Shown: positions 1 through 9,797 of the stretch, piece after piece
Layout of the letters: the number at the start of each line of letters is the position of its first letter
Position numbering within the stretch: position 1 is the first letter of the stretch
From: Candidatus Micrarchaeia archaeon
GTDB lineage: Archaea; Micrarchaeota; Micrarchaeia; Burarchaeales; JAVZCV01
Length of the DNA stretch: 64,000 nucleotides
Reading direction: 5' to 3'
Assembly: GCA_038874215.1 (NCBI GenBank)
Contig: JAVZCV010000002.1
Coordinates: forward strand, 53,624 to 117,623
Translations under genes and position numbers: made by a program
Notes under the pieces: generated by a model
Seen by the model: the letters and a program-made list of their open reading frames with translations, nothing else
What the model was told of the DNA's origin: nothing
Database searches by the model: none

Positions 1-345
1 CAAATGAAAGCGGCAAAGAGCATGGGACCGCTAAAGAATATCTTCTCAATGCTTGGTTTATCAGACCTGCCAGAAGAAGTCTTATCACAGAGTGAGGAGA
101 AACTTAGAAAGTACGAGAGCATAATACTGTCAATGACTCCCGAGGAGCGTGAGAATGCCCTTCTTGTAAAGAAGAGCAGGAGCAGAATTGAAAGAATAGC
201 AAAGGGTTCGGGCAGGAGTGTTGATGACGTAAAGGCTCTGCTCCAGGAATTTGAAAGAATTGAAAAAATGCTAAATGCGATTAAGAAGAACAGAGGGATG
301 AGGCGGAAGTTTGAGAAAATGCTCGGGACGAAACTCGGTGGTTGA
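1..345 (+). CDS. srp54: Signal recognition particle protein SRP54, C-terminal M domain (5'-partial)
   Basis: MGPLKNIFSML...IILSMTPEER...SRIERIAKGSG motifs of the SRP54/Ffh M domain; the frame is open to the window edge. Confidence 0.95.
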   Translation, partial: QMKAAKSMGPLKNIFSMLGLSDLPEEVLSQSEEKLRKYESIILSMTPEERENALLVKKSRSRIERIAKGSGRSVDDVKALLQEFERIEKMLNAIKKNRGMRRKFEKMLGTKLGG

Positions 346-1314
346 ATGAAAACAATTACCCTATTCTTTCTACTCCTGACACTTGTGCTTTTCATATTCT
401 CATTTTATATTTTTCCAATAATGATTGAGGGGATTATACCCCCCCAATTCCACGATTTGTCCAAAAAGACGCTAATCTCCGTGATTGTCCTTGTTGTTGC
501 CATAACTCTATCTAAGGTATTTGATGAATGGGTCAGGCATGCTTTGCGCAGAGTATCAGAAATGGAGGTTGGCATTGTTTCAAACATCTTCCGCTATACC
601 GTCCTCGGAATAGCACTTTTGATGATTGCTTTCACATTCGTTGGCGACGTGGGTTCTCTTTCTGTCTTTTTGGGACTCGTTGGAGCGGGGCTTGCCGTTG
701 CTCTTCAGCAACCTCTCTCCTGCGTTATTGCTTGGCTTGTCATAATAACGAACCGCCTCTATCGCATAGGCGATAGGGTTGCGATAGATGGGGTGAGGGG
801 CGATATAGCGGATATAAGGCTTTTCTTCACCCAGCTTGTAGAAGTTGATGAGATGACGGAGCAGGAAACTGGTCGTCTCGTTTTCATCCCTAACAACGTC
901 ATATTCGCAAAGAACATATTAAACTACACGCTTGAGAATCCCTTCGTATGGGATGAAGTGCTCGTCTCAGTTACATACGAAAGCGACATAAAACTCGCAA
1001 ACAAGCTGATTGAAAAGGCGGCGCATGAAATAGTAGGCAAGAGCATGGAGAATGCTGCATACTATCTATCACTTAGAAGCGAGCCCCTGCAAAAATTCAG
1101 GGATAGAACCGCAAAACCGATAACATATATAAAATTCGCGCCGAGTTCGGTTGATATTTCGGTTCGTTATCTCGTTGAGGCAAGGAGCAGGCGAAACGTG
1201 CATTCAGCGATAACCTCCAGAATATTTGAATACTTCTCAAAAACACCAGGGGTTGAGATTGCCTATCCAACAACAAGGACGATTAGGATTGAGCCCGAGG
1301 CCAAAAGTAATTAA
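346..1314 (+). CDS. Small-conductance mechanosensitive channel (MscS family)
   Basis: N-terminal TM helices, GLAVALQQPLS TM3, YRIGDRV, IPNN, C-terminal IAYPT. Confidence 0.9.
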   Translation: MKTITLFFLLLTLVLFIFSFYIFPIMIEGIIPPQFHDLSKKTLISVIVLVVAITLSKVFDEWVRHALRRVSEMEVGIVSNIFRYTVLGIALLMIAFTFVGDVGSLSVFLGLVGAGLAVALQQPLSCVIAWLVIITNRLYRIGDRVAIDGVRGDIADIRLFFTQLVEVDEMTEQETGRLVFIPNNVIFAKNILNYTLENPFVWDEVLVSVTYESDIKLANKLIEKAAHEIVGKSMENAAYYLSLRSEPLQKFRDRTAKPITYIKFAPSSVDISVRYLVEARSRRNVHSAITSRIFEYFSKTPGVEIAYPTTRTIRIEPEAKSN

Positions 1315-1337
1315 TGTAAAAATACATATGTGTTTAT

Positions 1338-2444
1338 ATGAAGATAGCCGCAATCGGCCATTGCCTGCTTGCGCGGAGGCAATACGGGATATTTAACGAA
1401 ATGCGCGAGCACGAAATTGAGCTTTTCGTCCCAAAAGCGTGGCCTGGCGTCCTTGAAAGGCCGGTAATAGCAGGAAAAGTCCATAGGATGAGGCTTCTTA
1501 ACCATGGCAACACCTACAATTACATCATGCCCGGCATTATGCCAGCCCTCGCAGCTTCAAAGCCTGATTTAGTATACACAAACGCTGAGCCATGGAGCAA
1601 CATGTGCTTCTATGCACAACTCTGCTCAAAAATGCTGAAAATACCGCATGTTTTTTTCACATGGGAAAATACAAGCTGGCCCACAAGAGGGTTTCAGAAG
1701 AGAAAAGAATGCTTCGTGGTTTCATGCGCTGCGGGTGCGGTGGCAGGAAACAAGGATGCAGAGAACAGGCTTAAGATCCTTAGGCCTGACCTCCCAGTCA
1801 AGAGAATGCCAAATGGCGGAATAGACACGAAACTTTTCAGGCATTCAAAGAAAAGCCTAAGACACGAGCTGGGGCTTGAAGATAAGAAGGTTGTTCTATT
1901 TGTAGGAAGGTTTGTGAAGGAAAAGGGCATTTGGTTTATCATTGATAGCATTGAACGCGTAAGGCAGGAAATAAAGGATGCCCATTTTGTTTTCGCCGGT
2001 AAGGGTCCCGAGAAGCGGGCAATGATGCTCCGCATACTGAATTCACCATTCAGGGACGCATGCACGCTTCTCAGCTGGAGGCCATACGAGGAACTACCAC
2101 TTGTATACAACAGCGCAGACATTTTCGTGTACCCAAGCTATTCCACACCGCACTGGAGAGAGCAGTTCGGCTTTGCAATACTTGAAGCGATGGCATGCGG
2201 TCTCCCCGTTATAACAACGAGATGCGGCGCTATAGAAGAAGTTGCGGGCGATGCCGCAGAGTATGTGCCAGAAAGGGATTCAAACGCCCTTGCAAAAAAA
2301 ATAGTGGAGTTGCTCTGCGAAGAAGGAAAAAGAAAATCACTTGCCGCAAAGGGCCGAGAAAGAGCACAAGTTTACGATTTAAAGAGAGTTGCACGCATGC
2401 ACAAAGAATTCTTTGAGGAAATAGCAGGCAGGGGTCATATATAG
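1338..2444 (+). CDS. Glycosyltransferase family 4
   Basis: VLFVGRFVKEKG and EQFGFAILEAMACGLPVI (EX7E). Confidence 0.92.
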   Translation: MKIAAIGHCLLARRQYGIFNEMREHEIELFVPKAWPGVLERPVIAGKVHRMRLLNHGNTYNYIMPGIMPALAASKPDLVYTNAEPWSNMCFYAQLCSKMLKIPHVFFTWENTSWPTRGFQKRKECFVVSCAAGAVAGNKDAENRLKILRPDLPVKRMPNGGIDTKLFRHSKKSLRHELGLEDKKVVLFVGRFVKEKGIWFIIDSIERVRQEIKDAHFVFAGKGPEKRAMMLRILNSPFRDACTLLSWRPYEELPLVYNSADIFVYPSYSTPHWREQFGFAILEAMACGLPVITTRCGAIEEVAGDAAEYVPERDSNALAKKIVELLCEEGKRKSLAAKGRERAQVYDLKRVARMHKEFFEEIAGRGHI

Positions 2445-3406
2445 AACCAAAAATTTTCCCTGTAATATTCATACATCTTCCTCAGCCCTTCTTCAAAACA
2501 TGTTTCTGGTCTCCAGCCCAGCTCTTTCAATCTTCCTATATCGGCTATGTAATCGCCTGTTTTGTCTCGCCCGTAGTCCTCGGGCCATTCTGCGTGCTTA
2601 ATCCTCCCCTTTCCAACAACTTTGACGACTGATTTCGCCATGTCTATAAAGGCGGTTCCCTTTCCCGAGCCTATGTTGAAAGGACCTTGATTCCCGCACG
2701 CAACAACCATACCCTCTACTACATCATCCACATACACATAGTCTCTCAACTGCTTTCCATCCCCAAAAACCTCTATTGTCTTATCCTCCATCGCAAGCCT
2801 CATGAACCATCCTACTATACCATATTTCCAGTGCTTTATCTGCTGGCGAGGTCCATACGGGTTTGCAATCCTTACTATCGTAGTTTTCATGCCATATGCA
2901 CGCGCATATATCATGTAATACATCTCCCCGACCAGTTTCTCTATCCCGTATAGCGTTATCGGTTTTTTTGGTGCATCCTCATTTGTAAGGCCGTTCGTAA
3001 TACCATAGACCATTCTTGAGCTTGTGAAGAGAATAGCTGCACTTTCCGCATGCTTTCTGCACGCTTCAAGTATGTTTATATGCCCCTTAAGATTGACGTC
3101 AATATCATAAAGCGCCATTTTTAGCGCATCAACGTAGTTCACCTGCGCCGCCAGACTGAAAACATAATCCTTTTCCTTCACTGCTTCCTCAACCCTGCGC
3201 ATATCCCTAATGTCTGCTTTAATGAATTCTATATCCCCCTCCATGCCTTCAAGGTTCTTCATGTTTCCGCCATAGCCCGGTAGCATCCCATCTAAAATTG
3301 TGACTTTTGCACCAAGCGAAACAAGCCTCCTTGCAAGATTGCTACCTATAAAACCCGCACCCCCTGTTATCAGAACTTCGCTATCCTCGTAATCTTTGGG
3401 TTCCAT
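2435..3406 (-). CDS. NAD-dependent sugar epimerase/dehydratase (extended SDR)
   Basis: TGGAGFIG, YGIEK (YxxxK), NPYGPRQ, GDGKQLRDYVYVDD. Confidence 0.92.
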   Translation of the reverse strand: MEPKDYEDSEVLITGGAGFIGSNLARRLVSLGAKVTILDGMLPGYGGNMKNLEGMEGDIEFIKADIRDMRRVEEAVKEKDYVFSLAAQVNYVDALKMALYDIDVNLKGHINILEACRKHAESAAILFTSSRMVYGITNGLTNEDAPKKPITLYGIEKLVGEMYYMIYARAYGMKTTIVRIANPYGPRQQIKHWKYGIVGWFMRLAMEDKTIEVFGDGKQLRDYVYVDDVVEGMVVACGNQGPFNIGSGKGTAFIDMAKSVVKVVGKGRIKHAEWPEDYGRDKTGDYIADIGRLKELGWRPETCFEEGLRKMYEYYRENFWFYI

Positions 3407-3426
3407 GATAAAACCTCACCTCGCAC

Positions 3427-3436
3427 TTATTAAATA
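3427..3436. promoter_or_regulatory. TATA-box-like element between divergent epimerase and GT4 genes
   Basis: TTATTAAATA about 20-30 nt from both ATGs (3406 minus, 3456 plus), consistent with leaderless divergent transcription. Confidence 0.45.
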
Positions 3437-3455
3437 TTGGCTATTCTATCTAATT

Positions 3456-4565
3456 ATGCGCGTTGTCTATTCTATCGGCGTTGAGCTTTCCAGCGGAGCT
3501 CTCGCCGAGGTTGGGCTCAACGCAATACATGCAATAGAAAAGAAGGGAATGCTAAAAAGTGCATTTTTTTTGCATGGGGCGAAGGACGCCGATAGCGGTC
3601 TGGTACGGGAAAACTATGCGCGCATAAATCTGCCCGCATTCGTTCTTCATCGCTACTGGGCAAAAGACAACCTTTTTGACATTTCAGTCGCGATGAAAAT
3701 GCCAAGCTGTGAAATATTCCATGGGTGGAACGGTTTTTCGCTATTTTCAATCATGGCTGCAAAAAGGAAGAATGCAAAAACGATCGTAGAGCGTGCATCA
3801 ACCCACATACTAACACAAAAGAAAATACTTGAAACAGAACGCATGCTTTTTGGTTTAAGCGGAAGCGGCCTAAACCCCATCTCTGTTAGGAAATCACTGC
3901 TTGAGTACAAGCATGCGCACTATGTTTTTGTGCCTTCCGACCTTGCCTATAACTCTTTCGTTGAAAACGGTTTTGAAAGAGAACGGCTCATAAAAATACC
4001 GCTTGGTGTTGACTTGGGGGTGTTCTCTCCTGCGAAAAAAGAAAGCGACGTTTTCACTGTTCTCTTTGTTGGAAGCATCATACTGCGTAAGGGCTTGCAG
4101 TATCTCCTGCAGGCATACAGCAAGATGGACAAAAAAGGTAAAGAGCTTGTCGTTATCGGCTCCGTTTCCCCCGAGATGAGGCGCATATTCAACCTTTACA
4201 TGCAAAAGATGAAATTTAAGCACATAGAATGGGCAGACAACCTTTTGCCATACTACAGAAATGCGAGCGTTTTCGTTCTCCCGACTCTTGAGGAGGGGTT
4301 TTCGCTTGCACTCCTAAAGGCGATGGCGTGCGGCATTCCCGTCATAACAACAGAGAATTCAGGCTTACCAATCCGCGATGGGGTTGAAGGTTTCATATGT
4401 CCTTTCCGCGACCCAAAATCAATACGCGAGAAACTACTGTATCTTTTTGAAAACGAGAGCGAACGAAAAAGGATGGGCAATATGGCGAGAAGGAAGGCAG
4501 AGGATTTCTCGTGGGATAAATACGGCGAAAACCTCATTAAGGTATATCGTTCCTTGTGTGAATGA
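3456..4565 (+). CDS. Glycosyltransferase family 4
   Basis: LFVGSIILRKG, EEGFSLALLKAMACG. Start placed at ATG 3456; the track start 3396 overlaps the divergent gene. Confidence 0.88.
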   Translation: MRVVYSIGVELSSGALAEVGLNAIHAIEKKGMLKSAFFLHGAKDADSGLVRENYARINLPAFVLHRYWAKDNLFDISVAMKMPSCEIFHGWNGFSLFSIMAAKRKNAKTIVERASTHILTQKKILETERMLFGLSGSGLNPISVRKSLLEYKHAHYVFVPSDLAYNSFVENGFERERLIKIPLGVDLGVFSPAKKESDVFTVLFVGSIILRKGLQYLLQAYSKMDKKGKELVVIGSVSPEMRRIFNLYMQKMKFKHIEWADNLLPYYRNASVFVLPTLEEGFSLALLKAMACGIPVITTENSGLPIRDGVEGFICPFRDPKSIREKLLYLFENESERKRMGNMARRKAEDFSWDKYGENLIKVYRSLCE

Positions 4566-5218
4566 ATGTTGGTGCGTTGCCGATGAAATACTATGAATAC
4601 TATTGGACTGCAATGAAACCGCATTGCGAGATTACGCACGCAAAGAAGGATGCGTTCACCCTTCTTAAAGGCAAAAAAGTACTTGATGTCGGCTGTGGGG
4701 ACGGAGAACACTACGGGAAGGCTCTCGCAAAGGAATGCCAGCTTTATGGGATAGATATCTCAAACGAGGCCGTGTCTATTGCAAGAAAAAACGGCATGGA
4801 TGCCACTGTTGGGGAGGCAGACAACCTTCCTTTCGGAGATGGGGAATTTGACGCGGTCTTGTTTATTGACGTTCTTGAACACCTTTTCAATCCAGAAGGT
4901 GCCCTCCACGAGGCAAACCGCGTTTTGAAAAACAACGGTTTTATTATAGTATCCCTGCCGAATGCCGCTTACATCCGCGAGAGGCTTTCTTTCCTATTTG
5001 GGGATTTCAACCCGCGAGGCTCGCCCCACACTTCTTTTGATTCGCCTTGGGCTGACCCCCACATACGCTTCTTCACCAAGAAAACGGTTATGGCACTTCT
5101 CCAAAAAACAGGCTTCAAAGTCCGCGTTTTTATAGGGGAGGCAGGCATACCAATACTATCGCATTTCTTCCCTTCTCTCTTTGCCTCGGATTTCCTCATA
5201 ATCGCAGAAAAGCAGTGA
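4562..5218 (+). CDS. Class I SAM-dependent methyltransferase
   Basis: VLDVGCGDG, LPFGDGEFD, DVLEHL, RVLKNNG. Confidence 0.9.
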   Translation: MNVGALPMKYYEYYWTAMKPHCEITHAKKDAFTLLKGKKVLDVGCGDGEHYGKALAKECQLYGIDISNEAVSIARKNGMDATVGEADNLPFGDGEFDAVLFIDVLEHLFNPEGALHEANRVLKNNGFIIVSLPNAAYIRERLSFLFGDFNPRGSPHTSFDSPWADPHIRFFTKKTVMALLQKTGFKVRVFIGEAGIPILSHFFPSLFASDFLIIAEKQ

Positions 5219-5222
5219 TTCC

Positions 5223-6104
5223 ATGGCCACTGGCAAAAAACCAGAATTGAGCGTCGTCGTCCCAACATATAATCGGGCAGAAAAACTAAAAGAGACGCTG
5301 AATTCCCTTTTGCGCCAGAGTATCCCGTGCGAGATAATCATCGTAGATGACGGTTCGCGCGATGATACGCCCCTGATTGCTAAAAATTTTGGCTTTAAAT
5401 ACATAAAGTGCGAGCACAGGGGACCAGCAGCATCACGCAACATCGGAATAAAGAATGCGAACGCAGACATAGTTGCCTTTATAGATGACGACTGCATAGC
5501 ACCCGAAAGATGGGCTGAAACCTTGCTTGAAGGCTACAAGCGTCATCCTCATGTTGCAGGAGCTGGAGGCTACATGCTACCCCCCCAAGATGCGAAGGGC
5601 ATTTTTGCAGATTACGAACGCCATAACACAAAGAAATACGGTGCTTTTTCAGGAGAGAGCGTATACAAGGAAGACGGACCCGTAGGCTCCACATGCAACA
5701 TGTCTTACAGAAAAAGCGTGCTTTTAGAAGCAGGCGGATTTGATGAGCGCTTCGTATCTGCAGCTGGCGAGGATATAGACCTTCGCGACCGCGTCTATGA
5801 ACTGGGATACTCTCTGCTTTTCATTCCTGTTGCAGTAATCCACAATGCCGACTATTCCTTTCGCGGTTTTTTAAGGAGATCCTTGATGCGTGCCGATGGG
5901 GTTTTTGTTTACGAGCAGAAGCGTGGGCGAAGGTTCTCCATTAAAACAAATACATTCAATGCGCTTTCTGCCTTCCTGCGCTTTCTGCTCTTCCTTATCC
6001 TTATTGACTCAATTTCTGCATTAGAAAGCCTTGAGCTTTTTATAGTGAATGCGGGCATCATACGGAGGTGTCTCTCTGATCGTCTCTCTTTTTGCACCCC
6101 TTGA
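5223..6104 (+). CDS. Glycosyltransferase family 2
   Basis: SVVVPTYNR, IVDDGSRD, FIDDD (DxD), GEDIDL. Confidence 0.92.
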   Translation: MATGKKPELSVVVPTYNRAEKLKETLNSLLRQSIPCEIIIVDDGSRDDTPLIAKNFGFKYIKCEHRGPAASRNIGIKNANADIVAFIDDDCIAPERWAETLLEGYKRHPHVAGAGGYMLPPQDAKGIFADYERHNTKKYGAFSGESVYKEDGPVGSTCNMSYRKSVLLEAGGFDERFVSAAGEDIDLRDRVYELGYSLLFIPVAVIHNADYSFRGFLRRSLMRADGVFVYEQKRGRRFSIKTNTFNALSAFLRFLLFLILIDSISALESLELFIVNAGIIRRCLSDRLSFCTP

Positions 6105-7146
6105 AAAGCACTGGGCAAGCATGCACGTATTTACGCAAAACCTTGCAAAAAATCTGCCCTCAGGAGTGCATGTTTCAAGGCCATTCATCCCATACATAAG
6201 GCTCCCGCTCGCTTCATTAGAGCGCAGAAGCATATCCTTTTTCAAGCATATCGTCTATCCTAACGTTGCGCATATTTCACAGGGAGCAATAAACCACATC
6301 ACAGACCACAGCTACTCTTTTTTAATAAAAAAAATTGACCCAAAAAGAACGCTTGTGACATGCCACGACCTTATCCCCCTTAATTTTTTTGAAGAAAGCA
6401 TAAGGGATGCTTTTCTGCGCGATATATCGCCAATTAGGGATGCAGCAGCTATCGTAGCCGATTCTAAAAAAACAAAGGCCGACATAGTTGAAAAGCTTGG
6501 AATTGAAGAGAAAAAAATACGGGTTGTGCCGCTGGGTGTTGATCATGAACGCTTTTTTCCGTTTGATGAAAAAAGAAAGAGATGCACAAGAGCCAAATTC
6601 GGCTTCGGCTCAGAATTCGTAGTCCTGCATGTTGGCAGCACGCTTCCTTATAAGAACATAGAGGGCATAATACATGCGCTCTCGTTGATAGAGGATGAAA
6701 TACTCTTTGTAAAGGTCGGTTGGGATTTCACTGCTGAGCAAAAAAAATTCATTGATAAAAAAGGCATCCGCAAGAAAATATCTTATATCGGAAAACTTAA
6801 AGATGCCCAGATGCCCGAGATATACAATGCATGCGACCTTCTCGTTTTCCCATCCTTCAATGAGGGCTTTGGTCTTCCCATAATAGAAGCAATGGCATGC
6901 GGCCTTCCCGTCCTCACATCAAATAGCGGGGGTTGCGAAGAAACGGCAGGAGATGCAGGGATACTAGTGGAACCATCCGATGCAGGAGCGATAGCCGACG
7001 CAATAATGCAGGTTATGCAATCAAAGGATTTTGCATGCGAAATTTCCAAAAAAGGATTAAAGAGGGCAGCGGAATTCTCATGGAAGAGAACAGCAGAAGA
7101 ATACATGCACATTTATACCCACATCATAAAGTCATTAAAGAGGTAG
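6076..7146 (+). CDS. Glycosyltransferase family 4 (probable CTG start)
   Basis: TCHDLIP, PYKN, EGFGLPIIEAMACG. GGAGGTG at 6064-6070 precedes an in-frame CTG at 6076; alternative ATG at 6049. Confidence 0.88.
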   Translation: MIVSLFAPLEKHWASMHVFTQNLAKNLPSGVHVSRPFIPYIRLPLASLERRSISFFKHIVYPNVAHISQGAINHITDHSYSFLIKKIDPKRTLVTCHDLIPLNFFEESIRDAFLRDISPIRDAAAIVADSKKTKADIVEKLGIEEKKIRVVPLGVDHERFFPFDEKRKRCTRAKFGFGSEFVVLHVGSTLPYKNIEGIIHALSLIEDEILFVKVGWDFTAEQKKFIDKKGIRKKISYIGKLKDAQMPEIYNACDLLVFPSFNEGFGLPIIEAMACGLPVLTSNSGGCEETAGDAGILVEPSDAGAIADAIMQVMQSKDFACEISKKGLKRAAEFSWKRTAEEYMHIYTHIIKSLKR

Positions 7147-7150
7147 GCTA

Positions 7151-8572
7151 ATGCATGTCCTTTTCATATACCCCGACATAATATTTAAAGAGAACTGGAA
7201 TGGGCAGTACTACTCGGGCATAGCTTACATATCATCCGTTCTTAAAGAAAACGGCCATAAAACCTCGCTCCTTCACATAACACAGCCAATCAGGCGGAAA
7301 AATCTCATAGAGCTTGTAAAACGAGAGGTCAAGGGCGATACGATAATAGGCATTTCTTCTACAACAAACATGTTCCCATTCGCTGCGAGATGGGCAAAAT
7401 GGATAAAAGAAGAGTTACCAGAAACCACCATACTCTGCGGAGGAGTCCACCCAACCTTATCGCCAAAAAGCGTCATAAAAACCAGCAACATAGATGCCAT
7501 TGTTGTTGGCGAGGGTGAATACCCCACACTAGAAATATGCGATGCGCTTGAAAAAGGAGCATGGATAAACGGGATACCAAACGTTTGGGTTCGCGATGGG
7601 CAAAGAATATACGCAAACCCAACACGCCCGCCTATAAAACTTGATTCTCTTCCACTGCCCGATAGAAGCATCTTCAAGATGAGGGAATTGTTCTGGGAAA
7701 GACAAGGAATAGGAAATCTCATAGTTTCAAGGGGGTGCCCATATAACTGCGCATACTGTTGCAACCATGCGCTAAGAAAGTTCATGGGTTCGGGTGTGCG
7801 AATGAGAAGCGTTGAGAAGACCATAGAAGAGGCAAACCAACTTATAACAGAATATCCCTTCATAAAAAAGCTGCACTTTGATGATGACATATTCGGCTTA
7901 TCAATTGGCTGGCTTCGTGAATTTGCAGAGAAATTCCCAGATGAAGTGGGTGTGCCATTCAGCTGCAACATACGTGCAAACCTGCTTACAGATGAGCGCA
8001 TCGCACTTCTGAAAAAATCAGGCTGCTACCGTTTGCAGATTGGAGTAGAGAGCGGGAATGATTTCATACGCAATGAGATAATGAACCGCAACATGAGCAG
8101 GGAAACGATCGTACGCGCATTTAAAAAAGCGAAGGAGGCGGGCTTTGAGACATATGCGTTCAACATGATCGGCCTGCCGCATGAGAATGCGGCTGCAGTT
8201 CTTGATACCGTTAAGTTAAATGCCGAGATAGAACCAGATATGTTCCAATGCTCAATATTCTATCCCTACCCCTCAACACGCCTTTACTCTCTCTGCCGCA
8301 AGGAAAATATGATAAGGCGCAGGCAGATGCATAGCTATTTCCGAGGTAGCATACTCAACCTGCAAGGCATGTCAGATGCACAGCTTGAAGTTTTCAACAG
8401 ATACTTTGAACACCTCGTTGCACTATATGGAGATGCGAAAGCAATCCCGAAGGTGCATAAGCTGCTTGATACCATGCTCTGTTCACGAGCGTTTCCTATT
8501 TTCGCAGGCAACCTCATCTCCTGTTACCTCTGGATGAAACAACTTCATCGTAAATTCTTTCAATCTCAATAG
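7151..8572 (+). CDS. B12-binding-domain radical SAM protein
   Basis: GGVHPT and GEGE in the N-terminal B12-binding domain; SRGCPYNCAYC (CxxxCxxC); DDIF; GVESG. Confidence 0.92.
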   Translation: MHVLFIYPDIIFKENWNGQYYSGIAYISSVLKENGHKTSLLHITQPIRRKNLIELVKREVKGDTIIGISSTTNMFPFAARWAKWIKEELPETTILCGGVHPTLSPKSVIKTSNIDAIVVGEGEYPTLEICDALEKGAWINGIPNVWVRDGQRIYANPTRPPIKLDSLPLPDRSIFKMRELFWERQGIGNLIVSRGCPYNCAYCCNHALRKFMGSGVRMRSVEKTIEEANQLITEYPFIKKLHFDDDIFGLSIGWLREFAEKFPDEVGVPFSCNIRANLLTDERIALLKKSGCYRLQIGVESGNDFIRNEIMNRNMSRETIVRAFKKAKEAGFETYAFNMIGLPHENAAAVLDTVKLNAEIEPDMFQCSIFYPYPSTRLYSLCRKENMIRRRQMHSYFRGSILNLQGMSDAQLEVFNRYFEHLVALYGDAKAIPKVHKLLDTMLCSRAFPIFAGNLISCYLWMKQLHRKFFQSQ

Positions 8573-9674
8573 CATGCTGGCTTATTCCAAAGCGCTTTGA
8601 GAATTCAAATGCCCGCCTGCCCATATCCATCGCTTTTTTCCTGTCAGCAAGCAGCATCACGATTTTATCCGCAAGTTCCTCCTCATCCTTAGGTTTTACA
8701 AGAAATCCTGTCTTACCATCTTCAACAAGTTCGCTGAACGCACCAACATCGCTTGCAACAACGGGACGTGCTGTTGAAAATGCCTCAAGTATCACAAGCC
8801 CGAACGTCTCGGGCCATATTGAAGGGGCAACAACAACCCTGCTTCTCTCAAAAAGCTTCTCCTTTTGCCTATCGCTTATCTTCCCGAGCATTTTTATGCC
8901 ATCAGCCCCAGTTTCTGTAGCCCAAATACCTTCACCCGCTATCACAAGTTTTGCATCGCTAACCCTATCGCGTACTTTTGAAAATGCTCTCTCTAGATAG
9001 CCTATGCCTTTAAGAGGATTTAATCTGCCCACATACGTGACTATTTTTTCAACACCCATGTACTTCTCGCCGATAGGCTCTATTCCATGTGGCAGATGAA
9101 TTACCTTCTCGCTCTTTATCCCGTTCCTTATTAGAAGGTTCTTGACGAATAAACTTGGCGCTATGTACTTGTCTATAAACCTATCATACGGTTTGGTTGC
9201 GAATATCGCTTCCCGAAGTGCAAACAAGCTTCTGCCTGTTAAGGTGGTTGAGCAAAGAGAGCATATCCTAACCCCCCCCTTCATCTTCGGGCACTGTTCC
9301 CCGTCCGTAGTGTAGTATGTCAAAAGCGGGCAGAACATCCAGTGGTCATGCACCGTTAAAACTACGGGTGCCTTCCTTGAAACCCTACCAAGCGCAGCTA
9401 AAGAGATCCCCCAAACACCATGCACATGCACAACGTCAGCATCAATATCCAGCTTTATATCGGGGTTAAAAACATCCCTTCGCATTATCTGATCATGGCT
9501 CCTCCCAATTCCAACGACCTTGATTCCCCCTTCAATCTCCCTATCTTCCGTATCGCAGGCGAATATCGTTACCTCGTGTCTCTTTGCCAACTCTTTTGAG
9601 AGCGACAGGCAGTAGCGCTCGCTTCCTCCAATGCCTTCACCGCTAAACTTGTTCGTCAACTGAGCTATCCGCAT
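8514..9674 (-). CDS. Glycosyltransferase family 4
   Basis: GGSERY, TVHDHWMFCP, GRLNPLKG, ETFGLVILEA. Confidence 0.92.
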   Translation of the reverse strand: MRIAQLTNKFSGEGIGGSERYCLSLSKELAKRHEVTIFACDTEDREIEGGIKVVGIGRSHDQIMRRDVFNPDIKLDIDADVVHVHGVWGISLAALGRVSRKAPVVLTVHDHWMFCPLLTYYTTDGEQCPKMKGGVRICSLCSTTLTGRSLFALREAIFATKPYDRFIDKYIAPSLFVKNLLIRNGIKSEKVIHLPHGIEPIGEKYMGVEKIVTYVGRLNPLKGIGYLERAFSKVRDRVSDAKLVIAGEGIWATETGADGIKMLGKISDRQKEKLFERSRVVVAPSIWPETFGLVILEAFSTARPVVASDVGAFSELVEDGKTGFLVKPKDEEELADKIVMLLADRKKAMDMGRRAFEFSKRFGISQHAIEIERIYDEVVSSRGNRR

Positions 9675-9797
9675 TCTAACCCTCTTTTATACCACATAGG
9701 TTTCCTTCATTACTGCTTGCATGGCCGCCTTTTTCAAAAAAAGGCACAGCATCACCAAAACAATTTAATTAATTACATATAAACTTATTTGGAGTCT

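Noticed and set aside
9687-9752. 21-codon minus-strand ORF (MLCLFLKKAAMQAVMKETYVV) upstream of the GT4 gene
   Set aside because: Too short, with no supporting motif; it overlaps the palindromic element
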